Below are positions 23,464-37,245 of a stretch of 64,000 bases of DNA, piece by piece. The notes below the pieces were generated by a model. That model saw only the letters and a list, made by a program, of their open reading frames with translations. It made no database searches and was not told the origin of the DNA. Source of the stretch: Tubulanus polymorphus (taxonomy: Eukaryota > Animalia > Nemertea). Position numbers and translations under genes: made by a program. The first letter of the stretch is position 1, and the number at the start of each line of letters is the position of its first letter. The stretch is from assembly GCF_964204645.1 (NCBI RefSeq), contig NC_134027.1, positions 20,732,560-20,796,559 of the forward strand. Reading direction: 5' to 3'.

Positions 23464-24118
23464 AAATCTGTCCATACCCGATAACTGATGAAATTGTAGG
23501 ACATTCCAATGTGAAATAATCTTTCCATTTTATAATGATGAACGTATTCTTTATCGTGCATAATTATTCTATTATCGTCTTCCAATAATCATTTGTGGAT
23601 GTATTAATGGAATGATTACTCTGGGATTATATCAGTTGTGACGAGAAAATGCATACATTTTGATAAAAGTCTAAACATCAGTCAGTATTAAGATAATCTA
23701 CATGCATATTAGTTTAGACTGTAAAACTTACTGCTTCATTTATCTAATAAATCAACAATATTTAACGAGTATATCTATTATTTGAGATCGCGTACAGCGA
23801 GAGGACGTTATCATTAGAATATCTCCTTGGTTGCAAGGATCTTCCAAGTAGCATTCAATCTTCGCAGTCCAAAATCTAAACCCCTAGACTACGTTTGCAC
23901 CGCGCCCTGGACCATACACCCTTTAACATATAAAGCGCTGAAATCAATCCTCATTCTATGTTGTTTACATCATAGACGTATAAACTAGATTATCTAGTTT
24001 ATACGTCCATGCTTACATACACAGCAATGATATACGATGGCATGATAGCCCCTTTAGAGTTGAATGGGAGAGACCCGTACATTCGGCAATTACGATGGAC
24101 TTAAACGTATGATCGTAG

Positions 24119-25048
24119 TCAACCTTTCAACAACTGGAAAAACATTTTCCTGAATTGTTGGTTCACAATCAGATAAATGATTGAATTCACACAAGAATTG
24201 ATGACCGATGTTATAAGGTACATTGCATTTAGTGTACCCTGAAAAGCAAAATGTTTGCCCATTTTACCGAGTAGACCTGGAAATTCCGAAATCGTGAATA
24301 TGATACTCATCGTAAGCACCATTTTCGTCGCTTTCGACATGCCCTGTTTTTGTGATTTTGGTTCGCTAGTTACTCTTAGAACCTTCCGCTGTTTGGCTTT
24401 AACTCGTAAAACAAAAATGAGGGAGATATTCGCTACGAAAACTAGTATATTCGGTATAATAATTCGGAAGATCGGGTCAACGTTACGGTTCATGAATCGA
24501 AAAGCACCATCTCGAGAATATGTGGCCCTGTAATGAGGTCCAAGAATTGATCGTTGTTGATATTTTACTCGCATGGTTATAGGGTAGTAGGAACATAATG
24601 CCACTGACAATATACACGCAAAGAAAACGATGAAATTGATACTGCGTTGAACCTTAAAAATGAAAACCATTGTAACTAATCTTTCGCATTGGATAATGAC
24701 GGTTAAATAGTTACGGAACATTTGAAATCCGTTGTTAAACATAGTCATCCATATGTATATATGAGGGTAAACTGCAGTTGGAACGAAACATTCGATCATA
24801 TCACCGTACGTCGCGTAATGGATATAATAGCGCACAGGATCCTGGATAAATTTCGTTATCAAAAATACGTTATCGGCAACGGCGAGACATTTCAGTAAAT
24901 AGATGCAGCGATTTTTAGTTTTCAGTTTGACAAATACAATTACAACCATCACGTTTAAACCAACCCCGACTGTGATTAGAGGTGGCAAAATAAATCCTTT
25001 GACATACCAAGTAATGGCATATGATGTAGAAGTCAGCGTGGAATTCAT
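24119..25048 (-). CDS. Intronless rhodopsin-family GPCR (FMRFamide-receptor-like / putative chemoreceptor)
   Basis: Seven hydrophobic segments; LKCLAVADN (TM2), CERL (DRY site), KATKMVL and SEFP (TM6), NSCVNSIIY (TM7); N-terminal NST sequon. Confidence 0.88.
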   Translation of the reverse strand: MNSTLTSTSYAITWYVKGFILPPLITVGVGLNVMVVIVFVKLKTKNRCIYLLKCLAVADNVFLITKFIQDPVRYYIHYATYGDMIECFVPTAVYPHIYIWMTMFNNGFQMFRNYLTVIIQCERLVTMVFIFKVQRSINFIVFFACILSVALCSYYPITMRVKYQQRSILGPHYRATYSRDGAFRFMNRNVDPIFRIIIPNILVFVANISLIFVLRVKAKQRKVLRVTSEPKSQKQGMSKATKMVLTMSIIFTISEFPGLLGKMGKHFAFQGTLNAMYLITSVINSCVNSIIYLIVNQQFRKMFFQLLKG

Positions 25049-26563
25049 CCTGCATCTTCCCAAATTAATGTTTTCAAAGGACGGAGGCTTTCCTCAATTT
25101 GATTTTATACACAGTCGCGCGTACGCACAATGCAAATAGTTACAGTATTATATCATCGTAAAGATTTTCTTTTCAGGGATTTTCCTTCCAAGATTGCGAA
25201 TATTAACATGATCAAATATATACATCTAACCAATGAGGTGTTAGGTTTAGATAATCAAAGTATATGTGTGGTGGTGTGTGTAAATTAGGAATTGAAGACG
25301 ATAGAATTGACCAATTGTCCATTGACCAAAAAACTGCAGACACGTTGCATGTATTTTTGTGCTAATATTTAAGATATGTATATGCTAAACAAAATTTTGC
25401 ATCTCCGTGATTATGGCGAGTAAACCACTCACATGAAAGCACGAAACCATGCAAATTTCTGATTGATCTGACTCTCAGACATGTACCAAGTTATATGCAA
25501 CTCCCAAATGACCCTCATTCTGGTTTATCGAGGGACACGATTTGCCTTAATTTCGCTTAATTTCGTGTGAAATATGTTAAAAATCTGGATGAAAGTTAAT
25601 CAAAAATCGACAATTTCGATTTGATTCGATAGACTAAATCAGAAGCCGTTCTAACCACACTTTGACTTAGCGGTATAGGCCTGCGTAGACGTAGATGATG
25701 TTTGAATTTACAGATATAGAATTTACTTAGATTCCATTGACCATGGATTGACACCTTGAGAAATTACGTACCGGTACCCACAAATACGGATGAATGCCTT
25801 ACTTGATAAATGCCAAAGGGATGGTTCATTAAACAGACATGAACATTTATGAAAGTCGCTATCAATCACGCAATTCTAATAGTTATTTTGAAACTTCCCA
25901 ATAAGGACGACGTAGTGCATATCTATCACACACTACCCCTTGTATATTGATAGTAGGCAGCAATAGATGATAACATTTACGTACCGGTTTAACGGGCCGG
26001 TCCTGATTAGACAATGGACAATTTGGAAATTTGGCGGAAATCCGAGGGAGTCCGATAATCGGGGCCTAATTTATCATATATACAACGTATACATGAGTAT
26101 AAGCGTATAGGGTGTCCAGTTTCTTTGTAATGAAAAAAACCCTTGAATCGATATACATTAGCTGGATCATGCAGAAATCAAATGAATTTTATATAAACGT
26201 TGACATGAAACTCTCCTCAATACAAAATGGCAAGATTCACGCCCTTACGATAAGAAAATTATGACTATTAGAAAGAAGGTAATACTAAACAGTGCACTAT
26301 GATCGTTGATAAGAATTCTAGACGTGAATCAGAAAAAATTAGTCCAGTGTCCAAGGCGTTAATAAGACCACGTTATTGTTGACACGTCAATGGTTTTTAT
26401 GAGAGAGTGATAATTCTAGACTTCGATCAGACTCATGAACGAGATATGGTAGTTTTCCGAAGTCCATGGTTTAAATAGGTTTGGAATCTAGCTATTGATA
26501 TCATAAATCGATTTGCAGAGGAACAATCAAGTTAAACTTCGGCTTTTCTACTGACTACATATA

Positions 26564-29500
26564 ATGGCGACAGGTAAACTAATTTAGAAATAAGTGGAAA
26601 TAAAAATCATTTGAAAAAGAGTTTATACAAATACTTTTTTTCTGTAAAAACCGATGTGAGAAGCATGATTATGGTTAGCTAGGGCTACAGTCTAACCTAG
26701 ACTGGGGTTTCGAATTTCGAATCCCCTCGTATTGAGTGACCTAGCGGGGGGAATTAGCAATTGCCCCCTCCCAGCAATTTTGAAAAAGTGCATTTTTGCA
26801 AAAAAAATTATATCCAGAACTGCTCTTCTTCAGGCTTCACTGCTAACCCCCCCCCCCCCCAATTTAAATGATGCTAGGCACGACCCTGTTTTTTGGGTCT
26901 ATATCTAATAAGGTTTAAGTTTTCTATGTGGCAAAGTATTATCTACGTATACACCAGCGTACTCATTTAAACTTCGACAATTAATCTGGAGGTATTCTAT
27001 CAATTTTTTCTCAGTGGTAAGACAGACTATGTCAAAGTATTGGCGCGAGCAGGCCATTCAGGGAACAAGCGTTAAGGAAATGATGCTCGATAACGATGCA
27101 GACGATTTTGCCGATACAGAACGGAAAGAAATCATGAATTTGTTACCGGATGTTGGCAATAAGGTCGTGCTGGAACTTGGCGCCGGAATTGGGTACGTAT
27201 TCAAAACCGATGAAGCTACATTATCAATATGGGGAGAGCAGTGACGCATCCTTCAGGAAAAGGGCATACGCTGGGTTTCCGCAAAGGTCAGCGTCGTTTG
27301 CGCGAGGCTCTTTGTTTGGGGGGGGGGGGGGAGGTCTGGGCCCGTCTCTTAATTTTGAGAAATCAGAGGCATACGCATCTATTTTTTTATCTTGAAATAG
27401 GTATTGGCCCCGTTATTCATTTGGCTGGTAAATTTCGTTTGATTTTTTGATTGAGTGTCCCTTACAAACCAACCACACCTGACGGGAGCGAAACAGGGGG
27501 TTTGATTTTGAAATCGGAAATCGAAGTACAGATATATATAGTTGTGTGATCGGCGGTCGAGTTAGCAGAATTTTTTTTTGGTTTAAATTGAAGTACATAA
27601 TTGGAAATTCGGTTCCGGTTAATTCAAACAATCTTCCATTCAGTCTGAACCGGCAAGCGACTGATTGGCTTGAATTTTCTTGGCTGCCTAATTTGATAAA
27701 TCGAGATTTTGGAAATAGCTTTATTACAAGGTTGAAGATCATTTTGTCAATTTTTATATTTTTTGGTCGTTTTCTACGTGTAAACAGTCCGATAGTTTAT
27801 TGTGGTTTTTTCTCGGGTAATGTTGATGTAGAAGGAAGCGCATTTCGAAACACAAATTTTCCAAGTATGTTCCTGGGGTATCCGAAGTGTAGGTTATGAC
27901 ATCGACGGTGCAGCTCCGATACGCATGTATTTTAACGTAGGGACTATTCTAAAAAACTGGATTAGCACTAAATGCCTACAACAGTTTTCGGGCCATTTCT
28001 TCCAGTCCACTTGTTAAACTTGTTGAACAAACACTCTAAAAATATAACCATGTGTTATATTTGAAATTATATCCATAAAATCCACTGATTTTCACATTAT
28101 AAACACTGTGGAATTTTCGAGAGATCCATGATTTTCATAACTGGTCCGGAATTTGTCGGACGTGTCGAACCTGTAGTGATGTCAATAGAGTCACGATGCC
28201 ATCGGGTACGAATCGCTCATAACGTAGATTCCCTTGTTACTAAATTACAATATTGTTGGTTGGTTGTAGGATAGATACATATACGTATCCGGCATAATTC
28301 GTGATAAAGCAAAGTTTGCCCTCACTGTAACGCTGTCGGCGACGAATCCCATCTTCTTTTTTGTTGTAAACTGCAGGATAACTTAAGAATTAAATATGAT
28401 ATTGTACATCTAAACCTAGACACTTTTCTTTCAGCCTTTGCTAATCCCAATTAACCAATCATCTTAAATATCGCGAAATTTATATATTATGGGCTTGTAA
28501 ATATCACTTATTGTATGTATATATTAAAGTATGTATATTTAATATATTGTATTACTTCTCTCTCTCCTTTTATTGTTTTTCTTTTATTGTGCATCCTTTT
28601 GGTTTTTTGTCTGTCTTTTGTTATTGCGGTTTTTCTTCATTTACAATCTTATATTTTGGATTTATGATGAATGAATTGAAATTGAAATTGATAAAGCGAG
28701 AATTTCCACGTGCAGGTTTGCCAACGGATTCGAAATTCATTATATATTTCTGTCTGGACCTTTCAAAACAAGTCCTTGGTGCTTAGGACATTTTGCATAG
28801 GTTTTTTTTTAGATATTTACCCATCCAATATAACCACATCAAAATTTTTCAGCCGTTTTACATCTGAAATTGCAAAAACAGCGAAATCCGTTATTGCCGT
28901 GGATTTCATGGAACAATTCATCGAAACAAATAAAGGAAATAACGGCCATCTGGAGAATGTCTCATTTATGTGCGCAGATGTTATGCAAATGGACATCCCT
29001 AAAAAAAGGTAAGGTGAAAAAGTAGTGTTTTAAAAAAACATATGCACAATTTGTAGAATCAAAATAGAATTCTTTAAATCTTAGAACATTAATCTCTCAC
29101 CCGGCTCAATAACTTCCTTCCTCTCAACCATAATTTATTCTTATCGAAATTAACTATTTTGTCTTGTTTTGCTACAGTATCGATGTGCTATTCTCAAATT
29201 GGCTGTTCATGTATATATCCGACTCAGAAATCTGCCGTCTTGTTCCGAAAATGCTTTCCTGGTTGAAAGACGACGGCTACTTCTTCTACAGAGAATCATG
29301 TTTCCACCAATCAGGTCAACGTCAAATCTTATACGTAATCTCATCTTTATCTACATCCATACGATAGATTAACTGTCAAAGCTTCATATGTTTAACCTTC
29401 AAACTATCTTATTCAACGCTCAAACTTAATCCACGAATTTTCCCGCAAATACAACAGCATAGCGTATTTGCCAAAACGTCTTATTTGGCACGTTCAATAT

Positions 29501-32500
29501 TCGACCGTAGATATTCACCGTCAAGGAGACAAAATTTAATTCAAATATACTATCAAAATATAGACCTCATCAGATTTGATGCGTCAAATTTGCTTTGACG
29601 AGCGGTACTATTGATGGGTTATTTTGATGAAGTATTAGTTTTGACGGGTAAAATTTGATATTTTTCATGTTTACTATCTATGCTATATAGGTCAGCTTTC
29701 AAACTACAATATATATATCAGATTTACTATCTGTATTAATCAAATTACACTACCTACCGGTTTTTTATTACTTGGGAGGTTTCAATATCTTTTTTTTAGG
29801 AACGAAGGCTCGAAAGGAAAACCCAACACGATACAGGTCTCCGACTCAGTACAATTCATTGATGCTCGCACCATCTCTATTTGACCCTCAAACGAAGACA
29901 TCCTACTGTTTTGAACTAATCGATTGTACGTCCGTAAAAACATACATTGAGGTATAAAAAAACTAACTTAACACTGAATAAGATGATATTGATAATAAAG
30001 ATAAGATAGCGGTATGTTAATGGCTATAATGCACCTAGTGGCTGGTTCCTTAGTTGAGACTTAAGACGTCCAAAAATGGTTTTAAAATTCCAAGACTGGT
30101 TTTAAGCTGTTAGATTGGTTATAGAACTAAGATATGTCTTAAATTGGTCTTAAGTCTAAGCACTGAACTATGGAACTGGGCCCAGATGTAATAGGAGACA
30201 GTTGAATGAAGTACAGTCACAGTTGATTTGCCATGCGAAGTCCAATATGACGCGTGTGTGGACGATGCGAATGATCTCCGCACATTACCTATATGACCCT
30301 GGCGCAGACAGGGCGAACGTCGGTTTTCATATGACATATGAATTGTGTAGGCGAATAACTAATAACTAATAAGCGAACGCACTATAATTAGGATGTTACG
30401 CATTTCACATTCGGCCATTTTGGGAACGGTTATGTTCAAGTTCATTTTTTTTCATAGAAAAGAACGTATAACATAATAATATTTACAATTACAGGAATGC
30501 GGATTGAGAAAAGTTTGATTTTTTTGAACGTGGTTAACTCTTTCAGGACAATATAGTTCCGATTACCTGACATTCCTTTTCACTTAGTTCCCAAAAAGTC
30601 GACTGATATGATTCTGGTAACCGAAGTTCGCCTAGGAGTAAAGTATTCTGTGGTCAGCATTAGATTATTCGAATGCGTACGATAGCCCTGAAATATGGAA
30701 TAGGAATTACGTCATATCTTTTGGATGGAACTGATTTTCAAGTGTATTTCAGGCGAAGAGCAACAGAAACCAAATCGTGTGGCTGTTAAGGAAAACGTCG
30801 CTTGACACGACACTCGATGGCTATCTATTTGTACGTTTAAAATTGGACGAACACATGAATTCCGAAGAAGCTATCGCCCGCTATCAGACCGTATACGGAG
30901 CGGGTTTTCTCAGCTCTGGCGGCATACAGGTCACTCGGGTAAAGTTGACTTATCGATTTATTAGATATAAATTTGGAATGCCTTCAGATTCTAATTGTGT
31001 CAAGTGACAACTGAACTGAACTATGGTTCTGACTAAGTCTTGGAAAACCATGCATTCACTGGTATGATATCTAAACCGGAATTTGATCTGGAATCTAATC
31101 AATATGTTTTAGTAACGCATTGTGTATGTGTAAAACTCAATAGTTCAATCGAATATATAGTCAACCTTGCTTAAAACTTGACACCTAAGTCCTCAAAATA
31201 CCCCTACAGAAATCAACATCCTCCGATTTCAATTTTTCGAGTACATGGAGTAAAGAACATGATAGATCTGAGCGCTAACTTCAAATTCAAGTAAGTTTCG
31301 ATGAATTTCGGGGGGCCAAAAGGACCCAATTTTGGCGGCCCACCTCATCAAATCTTATATCATACGAAAGCATTGACTATTTACTACAAGATAACACGAA
31401 CTTTTAACGCATGGAAATCAACAGAAAATGAGCTATTCGGTATCGCGATAAACTTGGATTTCCCTTGAGGAGTAATTGACACTACATAGTGAAATCGGTC
31501 CTGATTGCTAAGGGGTTAATTCGCATCTCTCGGGACCGTGGTTTTTTCAACAAATTAGACATTATACGGATTATACGTAATTTTCGTATTTTCTATGAAT
31601 TATGTATAATTCGTAGAATTAACGATTTATCTATCAATTCGTATAAACCACGAATAAAACCTGCTGAAAATCGTTTTCACTGGCATTGGAACGAACACCT
31701 CGTGCCACAGCCATTCATTGTTTAAACTTATCTGGTGGGAATATACGTCGTGTGGTCGCGGCACGCTCAGTGTCAATACGACTGACGAGTAATTGATAAG
31801 CTTGCCAACCACTGCCAGCAGGCGGAACAACGGAAAACGAATTAGGCGTCGCATTTTCAATTGTTTTTAAGAAAAAGGACAATATACGGCTACGATTTAA
31901 GAATTACAGAGTACGAATTATCCGATTGAAATTAAAGAGATTGACGCAGGAAAAAATCGGGACTTCTAATTTTTATACGAATTAGGTAGTTATACGAAGT
32001 AACCGATGGCGGATTAAATGAGGTTGACTGTATATCACCCAGGAACCCTCAGTGATTCGATGTAAGGCATGAATAAAAGTCTCAAATTTGCATATAGGTA
32101 AAAAGGGTTCGTGGAATTGATTGAAAAATATATCTAGAATAAACAACTTGAAATTGAGTTCGTCTGCCCGACGCACGGCACCCAGTTATCGAATTGAAAT
32201 CAGCTCAAAGCAAACTTTAAAACGCGCGTGATACGAAACACTTATCAACACAAACTGAAACCAAACGGTGGTTCTTAGTACCCATGGTTCTAAGTTCAAC
32301 CACAATAATGTCAGATGTCGTGTCGTTATCTTATCTAGGTGGTTTATATTTGTAGTTTGAATTTTCAGGAATTGACTCGTCGCTTGAACTTAAAGCAGGG
32401 GGATAAAGTTTTGGACATTGGTTGTTGTCCTGGTGGAACGGCGCAATACCTGGGCCAGGTAAAAATGTGGACAGTGTTCTCTTTACTTTGATTACGAATC

Positions 32501-35500
32501 ACATTTTCTTTCTAATTATAACTATCAAAAACACGAAAGAAGATTTAGAAATAAATGCAATTCATTTCGTGAATTGACATGTGGCATACAACATATTTTC
32601 TAGCATTATGGCATTGAATATCTTGGTCTACATAATTCGTCTTATATAATCAGTTTGGCGAGGAAGAAAGCCGACAACTGGCACGACAATAAGGTACTTG
32701 TATGATATACGTATAAGTAAATATAGGGACCAAATACAACAGGCACGGGTAAATTCTGACAAATATGATGTACCCGGCCAAGTCCTCAACTCAGATGTCA
32801 GCCGTCAGCCTAGGGATTTTGCGCAGACCGAACATTTCACAAACGACGCCTTGTTGCTGTCACTAGTGAAACGAAGATCGTTCGGTGACTACGTATATTC
32901 ACAAGTCTATTCTTTCGTTATCTGTGCAAATAATCTCTCGTGAGGCGTTTTTTTTTAGAAAAAGAAAGTCTAATTTTCTACGTTACTGGTCTATGAAACA
33001 AGTCTTAGAAAATATTCATCAAATTAAATTACTTTATCTTAAAAAAGCCACAAGAGTGTTATTCGTGTGGATTCAAACGATAGTTTAGGGGTGTCCCTTA
33101 GTAAACGCTGATTTTCGTAAAGCGTTAGTGTATTTGCGGGGATGAAGTGAATGCGGAGAGTTTCGCAAATTTTTAGTTACTGGAGAATCTGCCTAGAAAC
33201 TTGCGCCGTAAAGCGTTAAGTAAATAAGGTTCCACCGGTGAGACTCGTTTTGTCTTACAATGATCCTTTGGCTCTTAGACTTGGTAACTAGGTGTTACGT
33301 ATATACTGTCACTTTGGTACTGGTAGGCCTGTGAACACGTTTTCACAAATATCGAGTAATCTGTCTTTTTGGAAAATGTATATTTTGCAGTATTCTTCGA
33401 CTCACTTATAGAGTGCCTTTCACCAGCAATCGTTATTTTTTCGGTGAAGCACTTTCTCACAGAACGTACACATGTTCAATTGATATACACCATTATTTGA
33501 CGGAATATTGTACTTTATTTCCAGCAGATAGAATTTGTTTTGTGCAACGAAACAGCATTTGATGCGAAATCCGAAACGTTTGATGCAATTTACAGTAGGG
33601 AATATTTCATGAATTTCTCCGATAAGATCAGCATGCTAAAAAAGACTTATGTAAGTGTTAGACTCGAGCTGTTGTGTTTGCTTTTATTCGTCCGTCCTTA
33701 GTCGTGACAATTATTTGGTAATATTTCAACACGCATAATGATGTATTTTCTTAATATTTGATTTATGCGTATATCTATTGTATATTTTTACCGTCAGAAT
33801 GATAGCATAATTTTTGACGCGCCAATTTACTTTATTCAAGTCGTAGATATTCTGTCTTACCTCGTTTCGCGGTAGCTGTTCTGATTGATAATTGCATCCC
33901 CGCAGCTATAGAGGTTGACTTGTTTATATTTCAACTACGCTACGAAATTAATTTTTGCCTAAAATGATTATATTAGATCCTTGATATATTTGGTACCTAT
34001 TTTTGTGAAAACTAAGCTGATAACAACGATGTTAAATTCAATTGATTTGATGGTGCCATAGAAATAGATGGACGATATATCCTCAAGGAAATGGGTTTGA
34101 GACATATGATCCCTAGTGAAATCGGCTTCTAGAAGCCGGTTTATATCGTATATCGGTGTGCCGTATTGAGAACAAATGCGACAGAACGAAAAGTGGATTT
34201 GAGTCAGCTACCGGGCGACATTTGCGCCATTTGTAATGGAAAAGTCGGTTCGAAGTTGCAAAACGCTCGTTGAACGGTTCACGCAAACCGTTTAGGTTTA
34301 CGCCTAAACAAAGAGCGTTCTATGAACGAAAAGCGATTAATGAACGAAGACGATTTTCCTACAAACCGAATTGATTTGTGCAAACCGATTTCAAACAAAT
34401 GCGCCTCTAATCTTGGGGTACTTTTCGAACCTATTAGTTGCCGACTGACCGCGAATACAGGTTGCGCAGAATTCCATTGGCAACAATTCTATCTATGATG
34501 TAAATAAGATATATTGACTGATTGATGCTTCAAAAAATTATCATAATTGTCACTTGGCTATAATTCTATTCATATTTTTTTTTCAATTTTTATCATTATC
34601 TTTATTGCTCCATTTCTTTTACAAAATTTCGAGCACAGAAAAGAAAATACACTATTGTCACATGCATACATACATATATACAAATTACAGTTTTAGGGTT
34701 CCGGTTTAAATTCGGAGTTTACTACATGCCACTTGTACTCTAGAAATATCTGGAGTACAAAAACTATAGCACCGGTCGACTGGTGGTTACGATGCTTTTT
34801 CCAGATCGGTGCTTTTCGTACATTTTGGTACTGATAATCTCGGAAACTGATCATGATATACATGTTTCTTATTGATTTTCACCGTAGAATTGGTTAAAAC
34901 CGGGTGGAAGATTGGTTATGACTGACATTACTCGTGGAAAGCAAGAATTATCATTTTCGAAATTCCTAGCACAAAGAGGCTTCTACCTCTATACTGTAGA
35001 ATCATACAAGAAGGTAATGCGCGTATAAAAAGCCTTTCAATGGAATATTTGCAAAAGATTTCTTATGAAGTTAGGCCCTTCCAGAAAAATATGGCTACGG
35101 CCTGCGGGCATGTCTCCACAATAATGTCTTCTTTTTTAACAAAGAGGAATCCATCTTCCCCAGAAATGGATGTTTTGTTTTAACGAAAACAGCTTCGCGC
35201 TACGTAATATGTTAGATATTTTGATTAATTATGTTTTTAAGTATGATGAGGTGTTTTTCAGGGGATGAAATTCGTCGGATTTGAAAATGTGAAAATCGAA
35301 GATGAAACTAATGATTTTACCAGAGTTCTGCGACAAGAACTGACTGCGTTTGAGAATAAATTGGGCACGTTAAAACAGGTACTTGCATGCAATGTTTTCA
35401 TGACCTATTCAATGACTCCATTTCCACTCGAAATCGTCGAATCATGGCTCGTTGGTTCTTCTCACATTTCAGAGATTTGGCGAGCCCGAGTGTCAACTGA

Positions 35501-36188
35501 TCTCCGATGGCTGGAGAGCGAAAATTGAAAGATGCGAACATGGAATTCAAGGCTGGGTTATCATCACAGCGACGAAACCCATCTGAATTAAGTTAAAACG
35601 TCTCAATCGTTTCTATTGTAAATAATAAACTTTCTATCGGTATCATGGAAAGTCGGTGAGAAAAACGAACAAGAGTAGATCGCCACCAGAAGCATCTAAC
35701 GCCCGAAACAAGTCAAACTACACGAGTCTTGACTCGGCCACAGTGTCTAACCGATGTGAATATCATTCAGACCGAGTTCGAATGGTTTAGAAACGAACCG
35801 GCAATTGATAACGTTTTAATAAATATTTGTGTGTGTGTGCGTGCGTGCGTGCGTGCGAGCGCGCGCGCGCGCGTGCGCCTGTGCGCGTGTGTGTGTAAAT
35901 GGGTAAATTCGAAAATATTAAAACTACGGTATACCTTTAGTGTGTGTGTGTGTGTGTCAGGTCTGGGGAGTTTCTCAATTGATAGACATCATCGACAAGA
36001 TCTATAAACTAACTCTAGATCTACTTAGGAGTCCGAAAAGGGCCTTAAACGCTAAAAAGCTTTGGCGTACTGGTTCCCTCTCGTTTGCATCACATATGAT
36101 AAGAGTTACGCTAAAATGGAATGAAATCCTATTTTTGCGCATCAAATGTGTGTATTGTTGGGTAAATCTCGGCTTGTTTTCCCAATAG
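26564..36188 (+). CDS. PMT: Phosphoethanolamine N-methyltransferase (two-domain PMT), ~12 exons; last exon and stop uncertain
   Basis: Exons 26564-26573, 27015-27192, 28853-29008, 29178-29314, 29800-29951, 30753-30938, 32369-32458, 32604-32693, ~33525-33650, 34888-35013, 35262-35378, and 35961 onward. Motifs [46 protein letters not shown]. Confidence 0.88.
27381..27920 (-). mobile_element. 5'-truncated 3'-end copy of a Tx1/L1-like LINE in PMT intron 2
   Basis: Closely similar to 54540-55131 and ends in a poly(A) tail. Flanked by atacgcat(c/g)tatttt at 27371-27385 and 27919-27933. Confidence 0.75.
30035..30185. mobile_element. Short MITE (Harbinger-like termini)
   Basis: ctagtggctggttccttagtt ... 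aactatggaactgggcccag, with inner gacttaagac/gtcttaagtc inverted pair. Confidence 0.55.
35828..35958. repeat. (GT)n/(GC)n alternating purine-pyrimidine microsatellites
   Basis: Direct reading; the second tract abuts the putative last PMT acceptor. Confidence 0.9.
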
Positions 36189-37245
36189 TTTTCAATTTTG
36201 GCGTTTGTTCGCCTTACTATGCCATTCCATATACCATATATTCAACAATGGCCCGAACAGCCAACATAATATTAATTTATGGTCAAATAAAACATTTGCT
36301 GAAGAAAACTTGGACTCATTTCCTTTTGTATTGTGGGATTTTATCTTTTATAGGCCTACTTACTATATCGTTTGATAGTTTCGAAGTACATCCAGCCAAA
36401 CCACATGTTACACGAATTCTTATCTCAAGATGTGTTATTATTTCATCTTTGATGCATATTGTTTACTAATTAATCCTGTAGTATCATTTATGAAAAATGA
36501 ATCATATCGTATCTGAAAAAAATTAGATATACATTTCGGGAACAATTGATTTATTTCATATGGAAATAATAGGGTTACTAAACAGGCAAATATAGCAAAA
36601 TGTAATATTATCAAGTGGAAGGAGATAAGCACAACTGATATGCACTTGCTGTTAAACATTAATTATTGAGTATATCGTATACAATGATCATTTTTCTAAT
36701 GTGAGGTCAATGCAGTATACGTCATTGTGTGTTCCACAATTAGGGACAAGTTAGCAATGCAGCAGGCCGAACTGCCTCTTGGATATAGACTAGGGGTAAT
36801 TCTTCGCCAAGGGAGATGGCTGGTTGGTAAATGCTGGTATTACCAGTGTAATGAGTGTCACGGAATATATTCATTATATAGATATCAGCTATCGAAATAG
36901 TTTATCTTAAACACACAGTACATAAGCTTTAGGTCCGAGACATTTTTCAACATAGCGGAATATACCACAGGGTTTCCAGTGGTAAGGCCAGGACAAAAAT
37001 AAGTATTATTGGAGGACTTTGTCGGCAATTTTGGACCCAAAAGGAAGGACTTTTTGACTCGGAAAGAAGTACTTGCCAGTTAAATTAAATGAGGGACCAT
37101 CAGGTAGCATTTTTGCAATGCCTTCACCGAGATGCTAGCCTATTCTATCCTACTGACAATTGAACTACCAGACCTGGCGCTGACGTCGTTTTTGAGCGCT
37201 TGGCCCTTGCCTTGCGAGGTTGGGCTGTAGAACGTTTTCGTGTTG

